Shown piece by piece: positions 17,009 to 27,800 of a stretch of 55,521 nt of DNA (positions within the stretch are counted from its first letter, which is position 1; each line of letters starts with the position of its first letter). The stretch comes from Rhodothermia bacterium. GTDB taxonomy: Bacteria; Bacteroidota; Rhodothermia; Rhodothermales; UBA10348. The notes beneath the pieces are model-generated. The model was not told the DNA's origin, ran no database searches, and was given only the letters and a program-made list of their open reading frames with translations. The translations under genes and the position numbers were made by a program. Location: the NCBI GenBank assembly GCA_036985715.1, contig BTQE01000005.1, positions 1 through 55,521 on the forward strand, given 5' to 3'.

Positions 17009-18742
17009 TTACCATCGCCACTTGGCTCCGGTATAGATCACCGAGGACTCGATCTCGTAGTTGTCCCAAAACTCCGTATTTCCACCAAGATTCCGAATTC
17101 CAACGGTGATTCCTGCCTGGGGAGTCAGATACCACGTGCCTTCAGTATCAAATAGAAGAACTGAGTCCAGTTTTTTCGACTCTTCTCTATCCCGATATCG
17201 GGCTGACTCACCTCGCGCCAGCATTTTCAGTGACAGACGACCATCGAACAGCCCGACAGCAACGGACGCGCCGAATGTCACCGGGGAGAAATAGGGTATA
17301 ACGGTATCGGCTTTGTCCAAACGTCCCCTTCTAAACGCGATCTCAGCTTCCGCCTGAATTCCGGGGGAAAGCGTTGCAGTGACAGACCCATCCAGATACG
17401 CGATGGATGCCGATCCATAGTCGACACTCATATATCCTCGGGCGAACCCCTTATAGAGAAAAGAAGGCGACTCGATGACGCGATAATTTTCGATTTCTTT
17501 CAGGCCGATACCTGCACTGGCATGAATAAACTCATTATACAGGCTGACTCTACCGCTCAGATGAACGGGTGTAAGAACGGGCTGGATTGGAGCGTTGTCC
17601 TCGATATACGGCGCCAGGTAGTATACGTCCCGAATTGTACTTCTAGAGATTTCCGGTTTATTAGAAAACACGAGATCGACACCCGGGCGAAGTGAATAAA
17701 TCAGCCGAACATCCGGCGACAAAAACAGGAGCGATCGATCTGTACTGGATCGAGATTGACGTTGAGCATCAAATCCGAGGACACTGAGTCCGGCGTCCAG
17801 CGTGAGTCCGTCGCCTGGGAACAGGCGAAAAGTTCCGGCAATCTGGCCCGAAGAAATTTTGTCGTTCTCTGAGCCATCACTCCCCAAATTCTGAATTAGC
17901 AGATTCCCGCTAATAGAGACACGGCTGTCGTTAATCGGCGCGCGGAGGGAGCCTTTCAGGAGAAACTGTCCCTCACTTCGTTCGACGGGTTGGATAGACT
18001 GTTGCCCAGTGTCAAAGAGGTCCGTTTCCACATCACTACGACCAACACCGATTTCAAGTCTTCCGGTTAACGGCGATCCTTGTTTCGTGCCCACGTAACC
18101 AGACATATCCCAACCCGATACTGTTCGGTCTGGATTTACAGCGAAGACTGATCCTGAGCTGTGCTCAGAGCCAAACAAGGAAAAGGCCGATCGATACAGG
18201 CCGAGTTTTCCTCCAATCTGAACCCTCGCGGCATTGTGATTGATGCCTGCGGACAATCGTGCAGTGTCTGAGCCTGTGGTAATGGACGGCGTGTTTGAAA
18301 ACGGCTCGTGTCCGTCTGAGCCTTGATACAGTCCCGAGAGTACAACATGGGTCTGATCTGCTACCGGTACACTCAAATTCGTTCGCAGATACCGCTCGAA
18401 ATATCGACCTATTCCGGCCTCAATGAGTCCGGCATTTGGAGTTCGATTCGCGAGAGGCGATACTTCGGGTGGCTGCGGCTCGCTAAGTGGACTCGGAGGA
18501 AGCTCCTCTGCTGATTGCTTGTACAGTTCCAAAAAAGGACGTCTAGAAGAAGGAATTTCCGGGACGCGAGGGGGTGGATTGAAGCCGATGAGGGGTTGTC
18601 GCCTCAAGGACGGGAAAGAAATCGACAGATCGCCTGTAATCTCTACGACACGTGGAGCCAAATCCGGAAGCGTAGAATTTTCTTGAGCCAATGAAAGGCC
18701 AGGAATCAGCAGTAGCGTCAAGAATGTCAAGATATTTCTCAT
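17009..18742 (-). CDS. Outer-membrane beta-barrel (TonB-dependent-receptor-like) protein
   Basis: Signal peptide, Pro-rich N-terminal region, amphipathic strands, GIRNL and terminal YTGAKWRW. Overlaps the TPR gene stop (ATGA). Confidence 0.7.
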   Translation of the reverse strand: MRNILTFLTLLLIPGLSLAQENSTLPDLAPRVVEITGDLSISFPSLRRQPLIGFNPPPRVPEIPSSRRPFLELYKQSAEELPPSPLSEPQPPEVSPLANRTPNAGLIEAGIGRYFERYLRTNLSVPVADQTHVVLSGLYQGSDGHEPFSNTPSITTGSDTARLSAGINHNAARVQIGGKLGLYRSAFSLFGSEHSSGSVFAVNPDRTVSGWDMSGYVGTKQGSPLTGRLEIGVGRSDVETDLFDTGQQSIQPVERSEGQFLLKGSLRAPINDSRVSISGNLLIQNLGSDGSENDKISSGQIAGTFRLFPGDGLTLDAGLSVLGFDAQRQSRSSTDRSLLFLSPDVRLIYSLRPGVDLVFSNKPEISRSTIRDVYYLAPYIEDNAPIQPVLTPVHLSGRVSLYNEFIHASAGIGLKEIENYRVIESPSFLYKGFARGYMSVDYGSASIAYLDGSVTATLSPGIQAEAEIAFRRGRLDKADTVIPYFSPVTFGASVAVGLFDGRLSLKMLARGESARYRDREESKKLDSVLLFDTEGTWYLTPQAGITVGIRNLGGNTEFWDNYEIESSVIYTGAKWRW

Positions 18743-21700
18743 CGTCCTCCCAACCTGTTCTTTTCCTGCTCGGCCTGGCTGCTGAACTCGGAATTTGGAT
18801 ACAGTGTGATCACCATCTCGTAGACCCGTACGGCTTCGCCTGCACTGTTCAGAGCTTCAAGCGATTTCGCCTGTTTTAAATAACCACGGGCAATCCAGTC
18901 TGCATATCCCGCGTACAGAACAGGCATACGGCCGAGTGTTTCCACCGCAAGGTCCGGTGAGTTTCTTTCCAACTGCGATGAACCCAAAAGGTAGAGCGCC
19001 TCGGCGCCTATCTCGTCTCTGCTTCGATTGACGACCTGTTCGAACATGTTTTCTGCCTCGGCGACTTCGCCCCTGGAATGGATTATCCGGGCGAGACCGA
19101 GATAAGCCGGCGTGGACTCATCCGAGTCCGGGGCCGCAGCAATAGCGTCTCTGAGTAATTTTTCTGCCTCGTCCGATCGGCCGAGCCGACTTAAAGCCTG
19201 ACTTCTTCCATATCGAGCGGTGGCGACAACTCCGGCCTCATCGTTACGTAAATTTTCCAATCGAAGAAATACATTCTCTGCTTCTGCAAACTCTTCGCTT
19301 TCCAGCAGTAGATTTCCGAGACGCTTTGAGGATTCGATAAATCGATCACTCTCACTGTACCGATCAAAGACCTGGCGAAAATTCGTCATCGCAGTCGTCT
19401 TCTCATCTCGATCGGAATGTATAATTCCGAGATAGTAGAAGGCATCAGGCATTAGGTCCTCCTGAATGGCGTCTTCAATGAATCGATGGAATTCGGCGAG
19501 CGCTTTGTCGACTCGTCCGCTCTGATATTTGACTTCCGCCTGACGAAACAGGAGCTGATCTATGACAGGAGAGTTCGGATTGTTCGCGGCGAAAGCGTTA
19601 ATAATGACGTCGGCTTGATCCTCGTCGCCGCTGGCTATCAACGCAAATTGAATTCCAGCAGCGGCATCTGACGTGAACGGGCTATTTGGATATCGCAGAA
19701 GCACTTCATTGTAGGCGTCGACTGCAGCGCCAAGATTTCCTTCGTTGAAAAACGCATCGCCGATTCCGTATTGAGCTTTCGCGGCAAGCGGGTCCCGCGG
19801 ATACGTCCGGATCAGATGCTTGTATACGTCGACAGCCTGTTCATAATCCTGACTCAGGAAATAGAGGTATCCAAGGGAATACTGGGCCTCCTCACGCCAT
19901 TCACTCACTGGATACTCTTCCAAAAGACGGCCCAGCGTAGAAATCGCTTCGAACGTGTCGCCTACGTTTGAGTACGCCTGACCAATCTGATATAGGGCAT
20001 AATCGTCTCCATCTCCAGCCAGACGGCCATACACGCGTACGGCATCTGCATATTGCTTTAACGCGAAATAAGAGTCTGCCAGGCGGAGCTGCGCGTCCGA
20101 TCGATAGGGCACCGATCCCGTTTCATCCCGATACGCGGAGAGAAACCGTTCAAATTCAGGAATGGCCCGTTGATAAGACTCCTGTTTGAAATAGGTCCAT
20201 CCGAGTGCATAGTGCGCCGCGTCAATATGCCTTCCCGATGGGAAGTCCTTCAGATACTGGCGGAAGAGGCGTTCCGCCCGGGAATAATTATTCAACTGGA
20301 AAAAACTTTCAGCAGCCCAAAAAAGAGATTCCCCGGCCTGGACAGCCTCGGCATTCTGTTCATATAATTTCAAGAACTCGGGTGCCGCCAGTCGGTACTG
20401 ACGGTTTCGGTACAACAGCCACGCTTTCTGAAAGCCAATCTCTTCCTTGAGAGCCACCGGCGCTGCCTGGAGATCAATCGCCTGATCGAACATTTCAAGT
20501 GCTGAATCAAAATCGCCCAGGGCGATAAATGTATTTCCCCGGTGAAGAAGGGCTTCACCCATCACTTCGGAATCACTGTACCGATTAACGACCTCTTCAA
20601 AAGCCTGGTTGGCATCGCGCCACAGGTTCAATTCGTAATAGAGAATTCCCAGCTCAAACCAGGCGTTGTCAGCCAAATCGTGATCGGGCCAGCTGGTCGC
20701 GAAATCTCTGAATAGGACGGCTGCTTCGTCGGTTCTCCGCTCGAGCTTCCGATTCACAGCCTCGTAGTACATGGCTTGAGCGGACAGGCTATCGGCGTTC
20801 GAATCCGCGGCGCGGACCAGACCAAAATTATCCGCTGCCCATTCATAGCTCCCTTCGTGGTGATAATTCCACGCCAATCCGTAGAGGGCCCTACGGTAGT
20901 ATGGATTCTGAGGGTCTCCATCGGTGAACCGACGGTAGTTCAGAATGGCTCTGGGACTCGCTCGTAACTGATTGTAGGACTCGGCCAACAGGAATATAGC
21001 TCTGTCTTCTGCCGTCCCGGACAGGTCGGGCAAGCGCCGTCCGATCTCGTCTACTGCGCGTGTGAAATCATTGATTTCGTAGTAGACCTCAGCCAGGGCC
21101 AGGCCGATATTTTGAGAGAGCGGAGAGGATGGAAATCTGGAGGCCAACTCTTCAAACGATCGCGATGCGTCATCATATCGCCCCATCCGGACTTCATTAA
21201 ATGCCAATGCATATGCCGCCCGTGGAGCAGTATCCGTTTCTTGGTAATCGTCGGCAGCTTGCCGGAAATAATTTAATCCCTCATCGTCTCTTCCGGCACG
21301 AATGGATGATTCACCCATCCAATACAGGGCCTTGGCCGCTTGTTCATCCGTCTGGCTTTTGTCCAGAACAAGAGAAAGGGTCCGAATCGCATTCTCGTGA
21401 TCCCCGTCTTCAAAGTAGTGTTGTCCCAGCGTCAATCGAGCCTGGAAAGAAAAGGGGTGATAGGGGAAGGCTTCTTCAAAATCTGTCAGCAGTCGAATTG
21501 CTTCATCGGTATGCCCAAGGGCGAGCCGAGACTCGGCCTCGTAGTAAAGGGCATCACCGTATCTGAGATGATCCGGGTGTTCATTCCGGAATTCAGCAAA
21601 TTCTTCAGCAGCGACACTGAAAAGACCGGACTGAAAATGATCGAGCGTGGTGGCGAATGTTCGATCGGATCGACGGTCAACCGGTTGAGCGAACCCGGTC

Positions 21701-21804
21701 TGTACCAGAATCGATAACGAGAGGAATACCGTGGTCAGCGAGGCCGCATGGAATCGAGAAGGAAAGAAGAACTCGTTTCTACGACTCGGCTTGAGGAAAC
21801 TCAT
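18739..21804 (-). CDS. Large secreted tetratricopeptide-repeat protein (BamD/CpoB-like repeats)
   Basis: Signal peptide (GFA-Q); many A-x-Y-x-L-G/A...Y-P TPR units. Confidence 0.9.
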   Translation of the reverse strand: MSFLKPSRRNEFFFPSRFHAASLTTVFLSLSILVQTGFAQPVDRRSDRTFATTLDHFQSGLFSVAAEEFAEFRNEHPDHLRYGDALYYEAESRLALGHTDEAIRLLTDFEEAFPYHPFSFQARLTLGQHYFEDGDHENAIRTLSLVLDKSQTDEQAAKALYWMGESSIRAGRDDEGLNYFRQAADDYQETDTAPRAAYALAFNEVRMGRYDDASRSFEELASRFPSSPLSQNIGLALAEVYYEINDFTRAVDEIGRRLPDLSGTAEDRAIFLLAESYNQLRASPRAILNYRRFTDGDPQNPYYRRALYGLAWNYHHEGSYEWAADNFGLVRAADSNADSLSAQAMYYEAVNRKLERRTDEAAVLFRDFATSWPDHDLADNAWFELGILYYELNLWRDANQAFEEVVNRYSDSEVMGEALLHRGNTFIALGDFDSALEMFDQAIDLQAAPVALKEEIGFQKAWLLYRNRQYRLAAPEFLKLYEQNAEAVQAGESLFWAAESFFQLNNYSRAERLFRQYLKDFPSGRHIDAAHYALGWTYFKQESYQRAIPEFERFLSAYRDETGSVPYRSDAQLRLADSYFALKQYADAVRVYGRLAGDGDDYALYQIGQAYSNVGDTFEAISTLGRLLEEYPVSEWREEAQYSLGYLYFLSQDYEQAVDVYKHLIRTYPRDPLAAKAQYGIGDAFFNEGNLGAAVDAYNEVLLRYPNSPFTSDAAAGIQFALIASGDEDQADVIINAFAANNPNSPVIDQLLFRQAEVKYQSGRVDKALAEFHRFIEDAIQEDLMPDAFYYLGIIHSDRDEKTTAMTNFRQVFDRYSESDRFIESSKRLGNLLLESEEFAEAENVFLRLENLRNDEAGVVATARYGRSQALSRLGRSDEAEKLLRDAIAAAPDSDESTPAYLGLARIIHSRGEVAEAENMFEQVVNRSRDEIGAEALYLLGSSQLERNSPDLAVETLGRMPVLYAGYADWIARGYLKQAKSLEALNSAGEAVRVYEMVITLYPNSEFSSQAEQEKNRLGGR

Positions 21805-22082
21805 TCAGATTGCGATCTAGAACGGCGTGTCGAAAAAGAAACTGGCTGATCGAAATGAAGGCTACATACGGCTCGAACGTCCTGACGTTTCCTCCAAGAG
21901 CGGTAATTCCGACGCGATAGAAAAATGACGTATATCAGGTTGGGTTGACGAATAGAAGCGCTGAATATTGTGCTCCGTCCCGAATATTCCAGATGAGATG
22001 TTGAATCACGGACATGCCGTTTTGGCGAGAAGCGTTGTATCTTCCGCCGGTTTTGAAATCCTTAACACCACTGGGAATTGAC

Positions 22083-23012
22083 ATGAGTGTGCTGGCCGTT
22101 GGAACTGTCGCGCTCGACTCCGTTGAGACGCCGTTCGGAAAAGCCAAGAACATTCTCGGTGGCAGTGCCACGTATATTACCCTCGCGGCCCGGTTTTTCT
22201 CATCGGACGTTCGGTTGATTGCTGTCATCGGCTACGATTTCCCGGAAGAATTCGTTGACCAGTTAAAGGACGCGAAAATTGACTTAACTGGGCTCGAAGT
22301 GGACAGATCGTCGAAGACGTTCGCCTGGGAGGGAAAATACGAATACGACCTGAATCAACGCGACACCATCGCGACACACCTGAATGCGCTGGAAACATTT
22401 CGGCCTCAAATTCCAGAGCGATTCCGAAAGTCTAAAATCGTCTGCCTCGGCAATCTAGATCCGCTTATTCAGTGCTCGGTTCTAGACCAGATGATCGATC
22501 CAGATTTCGTTATCTGTGATACAATGAACTTCTGGATCAACCAGACGCCCGATAAGCTTTGTGAAACGGTAGGACGAATTGATTGTCTGGTCGTGAACGA
22601 CTCGGAGTGTCGACAGTTGGCTGATGAACCCAATCTGATTCGTGCCGCAAGAATCATTCAGCAGATGGGTCCAAAAATTCTCGTCATTAAGAAAGGAGAA
22701 CACGGTGCCCTGCTGTTCAACGACGAAAGCGTCTTTTCAGTGCCTGCCTATCCGTTGGAAGATATCCAGGACCCCACGGGTGCGGGCGATGCCTTCATGG
22801 GTGGATTTGCCGGCTATCTTGCGGCTCAGAAAGACTTTTCGTCAGACGCACTGAAGCAGGCTGTCGTGTTTGGAAGTGCCGTGGCATCGTTTACGGTCGA
22901 AGCCTTTGGACCCGATCGCCTCTTCGAAATCGATGGTCCGGCGATTTCGAAACGAATTGAAGCATTCAGGGAACTCACTACGATTCCGACTCTGGAAACC
23001 GTCGACTCGTAG
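22083..23012 (+). CDS. PfkB-family carbohydrate kinase
   Basis: MSVLAVGTVALDSVETPFG..LGGSA; IKKGEHG; DPTGAGDAFMGG signature. Start moved to ATG 22083. Confidence 0.93.
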   Translation: MSVLAVGTVALDSVETPFGKAKNILGGSATYITLAARFFSSDVRLIAVIGYDFPEEFVDQLKDAKIDLTGLEVDRSSKTFAWEGKYEYDLNQRDTIATHLNALETFRPQIPERFRKSKIVCLGNLDPLIQCSVLDQMIDPDFVICDTMNFWINQTPDKLCETVGRIDCLVVNDSECRQLADEPNLIRAARIIQQMGPKILVIKKGEHGALLFNDESVFSVPAYPLEDIQDPTGAGDAFMGGFAGYLAAQKDFSSDALKQAVVFGSAVASFTVEAFGPDRLFEIDGPAISKRIEAFRELTTIPTLETVDS

Positions 23013-23013
23013 A

Positions 23014-24153
23014 TCAGCTGCCCTCGTAGAGCCGGAGCTGAGCTCCAGAAATCCAGATCTGTTCGATTCGAGACGCGGGTATTTCAAATTTTTCCGACAG
23101 ACTCGAAATATCGGATGAAGACAGTTGTGCAATGCTCTCGTAAGAAGCCAAACCCAATTCGCGGAGATCTCTGAATTCGCCGTCCGTAAGGCCGAGGAGA
23201 ATCTGCAGGCCGACCGCTTTAGTCTCCGAGCTGGATTCATCCGGGTCCAACGTTTCGGAATCGCCCTCGTCCAGATTTAGGAGAGGGAATAAATCGGTGA
23301 GAGATTTGAATTGAGGAAACTCGGGGATCGTGATATCGCCGGTTTCAATCTGCCGTTCACCATGTTTTTGATCCGAAGAAGGCTCGGCTTCTGGAGGGGT
23401 GGGCCCTTTCGCGGCTGATTCTACCTCGCTTGTGCCGATAGTTGAGCTGATTTCACCAAATATGTAGGAAATGATGTTCGTAGCCCAATCAGTAACTGAT
23501 TCCACTTTTTCGGACGGTTCGCGCGCGGGCTCCGCTTTTTCGTACGGTTCGCGCTCGGGCTCTGCTTTTTCGGACGGTTCGCTTCCGGGTGCCTTGCTTT
23601 CGCCCTTTTCGCTCTCGGATGAAGCAGGGGTTATCGGGGAATCGTCTGACTCATTATCGGGTGCGTCCGGCGCCACATTTTCAGACGCGTCCATTTCTTC
23701 GGAAATTGTTTCGGAAGATGCTTCGGAAAACGATTCGGTACTGAATTCAACGTCCTCAATTTCATAGACAAACCCGGCAGCCTCGCCCGGTCCACGTTTC
23801 AACGACTCGATCTCATCTTGAAGAATCCGGAGGTCGAGATCGTGCTCCTCTTTCGTGATGCTGATCTCAAGAGATTTCTGCTCGAGTTCTTCGCGGAGCA
23901 GAGTGATGGTGGCCTCAAGCGTATCAGAATTATCAGTTCGTTTCTGCGCTTTCATAGCCGCTCGAATGCGGGCAAATTCTTTCTCTCTATTCCCGAGCGC
24001 CGTTTCTCTGGCTTCGAACAATCCAAGCTCTTTTTTGTGACGGACGCGATACAGGAAAAAGCCGCCGGCTATTCCAGCTGCCAACCAGATGATCGTCAGA
24101 ATGATGATCTCAATAGAATCGGGGATAGCGTCTATGAGAAGTACGGGACTCAA
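23014..24153 (-). CDS. Membrane-anchored coiled-coil/acidic protein with a C-terminal HhH-like domain
   Basis: N-terminal TM, coiled coil, disordered acidic linker with repeats, C-terminal LRELGLASYESIAQLS...RIEQIWISGA. Confidence 0.6.
   Translation of the reverse strand: MSPVLLIDAIPDSIEIIILTIIWLAAGIAGGFFLYRVRHKKELGLFEARETALGNREKEFARIRAAMKAQKRTDNSDTLEATITLLREELEQKSLEISITKEEHDLDLRILQDEIESLKRGPGEAAGFVYEIEDVEFSTESFSEASSETISEEMDASENVAPDAPDNESDDSPITPASSESEKGESKAPGSEPSEKAEPEREPYEKAEPAREPSEKVESVTDWATNIISYIFGEISSTIGTSEVESAAKGPTPPEAEPSSDQKHGERQIETGDITIPEFPQFKSLTDLFPLLNLDEGDSETLDPDESSSETKAVGLQILLGLTDGEFRDLRELGLASYESIAQLSSSDISSLSEKFEIPASRIEQIWISGAQLRLYEGS
23501..23590. repeat. In-frame 30-bp tandem repeat, about 3 copies
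   Basis: tcc(a/g)ctttttcg(g/t)acggttcgcg..cgggc units encoding EPSEKAEPER/EPYEKAEPAR/EPSEKVES. Confidence 0.9.
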
Positions 24154-24468
24154 CTCAGAACCAATCCAATCTAGAGGGCGTTTTGTCGCGAAGACGGGAG
24201 TCCAATGTACCGCTTCCTCCGGAGGATCTCGATACTTAACATGAATAGATTTTTTCTGGACGCCAGTTTGTCAGCTCTTTGTCTTACCGGGATGCTCACC
24301 GGAGTATCGTGCACGGATGCAAAAGACCAGCGCCGTGATACATTCAGCTTCGGAGTTCGGACCGATGGCTTTTAGCTCGCAAACCGGGGCGTCCTTTCTA
24401 TTCAACACAGATCTATTCCAGACTGAGTTTCATTATTTTCTTCACCCAAGAATAAGCAGACACACAGC

Positions 24469-24852
24469 ATGCCCTTCGGAACGGTCAGAATTAAGAACGC
24501 TGTTTTTTACGCCCATCATGGCGTATTGAAAGAAGAACATCGAATCGGCGGTCGCTACGAGGTCGACGTCGAGATGAAATTGGATTTCGAGGCGGCTGCT
24601 GCCGACGATGACCTGAACCACACGGTCGACTATGAACACGTTTACACGCTGATTCGGGATATTGTCACAACCAACAAGTTTTATCTGATTGAGAGACTCG
24701 CATATCTGATAGCTCAGGATATTCTTGAGGCAAGTCCGATTGTTACAGAGATCGAGGTCAGTGTAAGAAAAGCGAATCCGCCAGTGGGCGGACCATGCGA
24801 TTGTGCAGAAGCAACGTATCGGACCAGCCGGGCGCGGACCGACAGTCAGTAG
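24469..24852 (+). CDS. folB: Dihydroneopterin aldolase
   Basis: FYAHHGVLKEE...DDLNHTVDY...LIERLA...VRKANPP. Confidence 0.95.
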   Translation: MPFGTVRIKNAVFYAHHGVLKEEHRIGGRYEVDVEMKLDFEAAAADDDLNHTVDYEHVYTLIRDIVTTNKFYLIERLAYLIAQDILEASPIVTEIEVSVRKANPPVGGPCDCAEATYRTSRARTDSQ

Positions 24853-27800
24853 AAAAGTCCCACGCCGATAATGATCGTGGTCTCCTCCTCGGAGAAATTG
24901 ATCGTTGCGGTGAATACGGAGAGATTGTACAGATTGGCCCAAAATCCGACTCCATAGCCCTGGTGCCATACCGACGAATTTTCTCCATCGGTCCACACGC
25001 GACCGTTGTCTACGAATGCAAGGGCTCCGGCTGAGCCCACGGCCAACAGCGTTGAGTATCGAAAAGTTGTGTTCGAATCTCGAAGCTCTGATAAAACGCA
25101 GTTCGGCCGGCAAAGCGAGTGCTGCGCCAGCCTCTCAGATTATTTCTCCCACCGAGTGTACTTGATCTGTAAAATGGAAATTCTCCGATATTGTGACGAA
25201 CACCCACTCTGGCAGCGAAGGTGTGCTGTGTCAGCGAGACCGGAGTCAGGTACAAGGAGAAATCGGACGATATCTCAGTGAAATCGGGCGTTGACTCATG
25301 CAAACCAAATCTGAGATGCAGCCGGTTTTCCCAGAAAAATCCCTGTCTCGGAAAGACCGCAGAGTCGCGAACATCAACCTTGATTCCCGATTCAAATCCG
25401 AGAAAGGATTCGTCTCCGAACGATGTCGGAGCGATACCCGCCTGTGGAAGACCCACAAACCGAAGCGAGTCTTTCTTGATATCGGTGCCCTCCAATCTTG
25501 GCCCGACATAGAATTCCAGAAACCCACCCACAGGCTTAATAAATCGAATCCCAACCACGGTCTCAGAAAATCGGGCTTGATAAAATCTGGCATCCTTAGC
25601 AGTATTGGGACTTTCGTTTCCGAGTCCATAATAGTTGCGGATATTATTGGGCGTCCGAATGGAGGCTTCAACACCAATATCCCAGCCATTCAAGCGATTG
25701 GTAAAGCGCCCCTCATAGGCCACATTAAACGCCTGCGTTCTGGCAGCGAGATTGGCTCGAAAGGAGTGCCTGTTGTCGAACGGCGGGCGCCTGAAGCTGT
25801 AACGTGTGAACGTGGTACCGCCACCGATGAAGAGTCCATCATCCTGATTCCGACCGAAGAATAGAGACGGCATGAATTCCGGGTATCCGTACTCGCGGGG
25901 ATCATAGCGGTTAACCAGTGGATCATCAGACACTTGCACGGAGATGGCCGGCCCCAGTTGAATCTGAGTCTCGAATGGCACATCGTAGACAACGAAGCTA
26001 TTCCTGCGGGCCAATGGGCCGGATTTATCTATGAATTGATCTGCGCCGGTCCCACCGATGGCTCGAATGCGAATGCCTCCTTTTGCATTTCCGCTTACGA
26101 TAAAAACATCATTCCCACCGAGTCCGTACAGTCGTACTTCCTTTGTTTCAGAACCGAGAAAGATTCTCCGAAAAAGCTCTTTTCGAATTTCTCCTTCCTT
26201 GGATGTCTTGTACATGACAACTTCAGTCCGATCGCCACTGAGCTTTTGAATCTCGAATCGCTCATGCTTATTGGATCCCACTACGTCCGGAAATCGACTG
26301 ATGATTTCATAGTACTCTTCGGCTGCATCTGGCAATTTTTCCCTCCGAACCCTGAGGAGGTGACGAAATTCGTCTGCATATAATTTCAGGATCGGTTCAG
26401 GAAAATCGCTTACAGCCGAATCGATGACTTCATCGGTGACTCGGTCTTGAATATCACGTGCAATTTCCAACCAGTCGCTCCTGGTGAGAGACGTCGTGAA
26501 CCTTCTATCCTGAGGTCGTCCGTTCCGGGTCAAGCCCCTGATATACCCGTAGCTCTCTCGAAAATCTTGATTCTTGGCGAGAACAAATCGAGATTTAGCA
26601 ATGCTTGGAAAAATTCCATTCATACGACTCATGGCCCAATCTCGATCTCGAGGGATCGCGCGATAGCGTTTTCCTTTGCTGCCCTCAGCAGGAAATTCAG
26701 CCCAGCGCCACTGATCTGAATGTCGATCCCAGTCGGAGATGTACATGTCAAAGAGGCGAGCTCGGGCGAAGAAACGCTCATCGACGCGATAATCATTGTC
26801 GCTCGCAATTTTTTTCGTCATAGACACGCTGCCGATAACTTTTTTGGATCTTCCAAATGTCGGCGCGTGAGACATGTCGTCGTCCGGTCGCTCCTCAAAC
26901 AGCATTATCTGGTCGGCAACCACATCCCTGAAAGGTCCAAAACGATCGTCTTTTGGGACAAGGAAGATCTTCGGATTGGTGTGGTAGACACCCGCACCAT
27001 GAGCAAGTTTAGGTACAACAATAGGTGCGTACGGGTGCAAGATGGCATACTGGTCAACCACAATATTAGCCGCGAGGGTCTCTTCCAGTCCCGGCGGCAA
27101 ACTTTTCGTAGGATCTTTTGATACGGATCGTAGAACAAATTGCTTTCCCTGCGAATCGCGCAACCGGAGGGAGGTGGTCTGAAGTCCGCCGCCCCTTTTA
27201 ATGGGTGTCAGGCCTCCAGACTCGCTGCCTATGTCAAACACTGGAAAGTCGACTTCAGCCGTCCAGGCTTTCCTGTTTTCAGAGCCGAAGAAGAAATTGT
27301 GGAGACCGCCAGCGGCAAGCGAAGGATTCGCGGCACGCCGAACGGTTGAATCCGGTGGGATCAACAGTTGCTGCTCGTCTTCAACGATGATGGGTTCGGT
27401 AACTACTTCGGGAGCGGGACCTTCGATCTGAGCATGATAAAGAAGACGTCCTTCCGGGGTGTTTTCGTCGCTTCCCCAAGCCTCAAGCCACATCTCACCG
27501 TTTGCATAAAATCGAATTCGGATGAAACCTTTTCCGCCGTACGTAAAACGAGCATTTCTACCTGCAGCTACATAGTCAGATTTTGATCCAGCTCCACTGA
27601 CGACATGATGGACATGATCCTCGTAGAAGTATTGCAGGTTGTGTTCATGTCCTGCTGCGTAGATCAATCTGGATTCATGGGTTTTGAAGATGGCGTCCAA
27701 AGCGCTTATCAAAGAGCGATATTTGGGGTGAGAAAAGTCTTGCGGTCCTCCCATGGCGCGCCGAAGAATAGGGTAGAGGGAGCCGATGATCGGTAGCGGC

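Noticed and set aside
24442-25113. 223-aa minus-strand ORF as the Omp85 continuation
   Set aside because: It lies antisense to folB and has no barrel pattern; the 24846-25046 frame gives the proper C-terminus.
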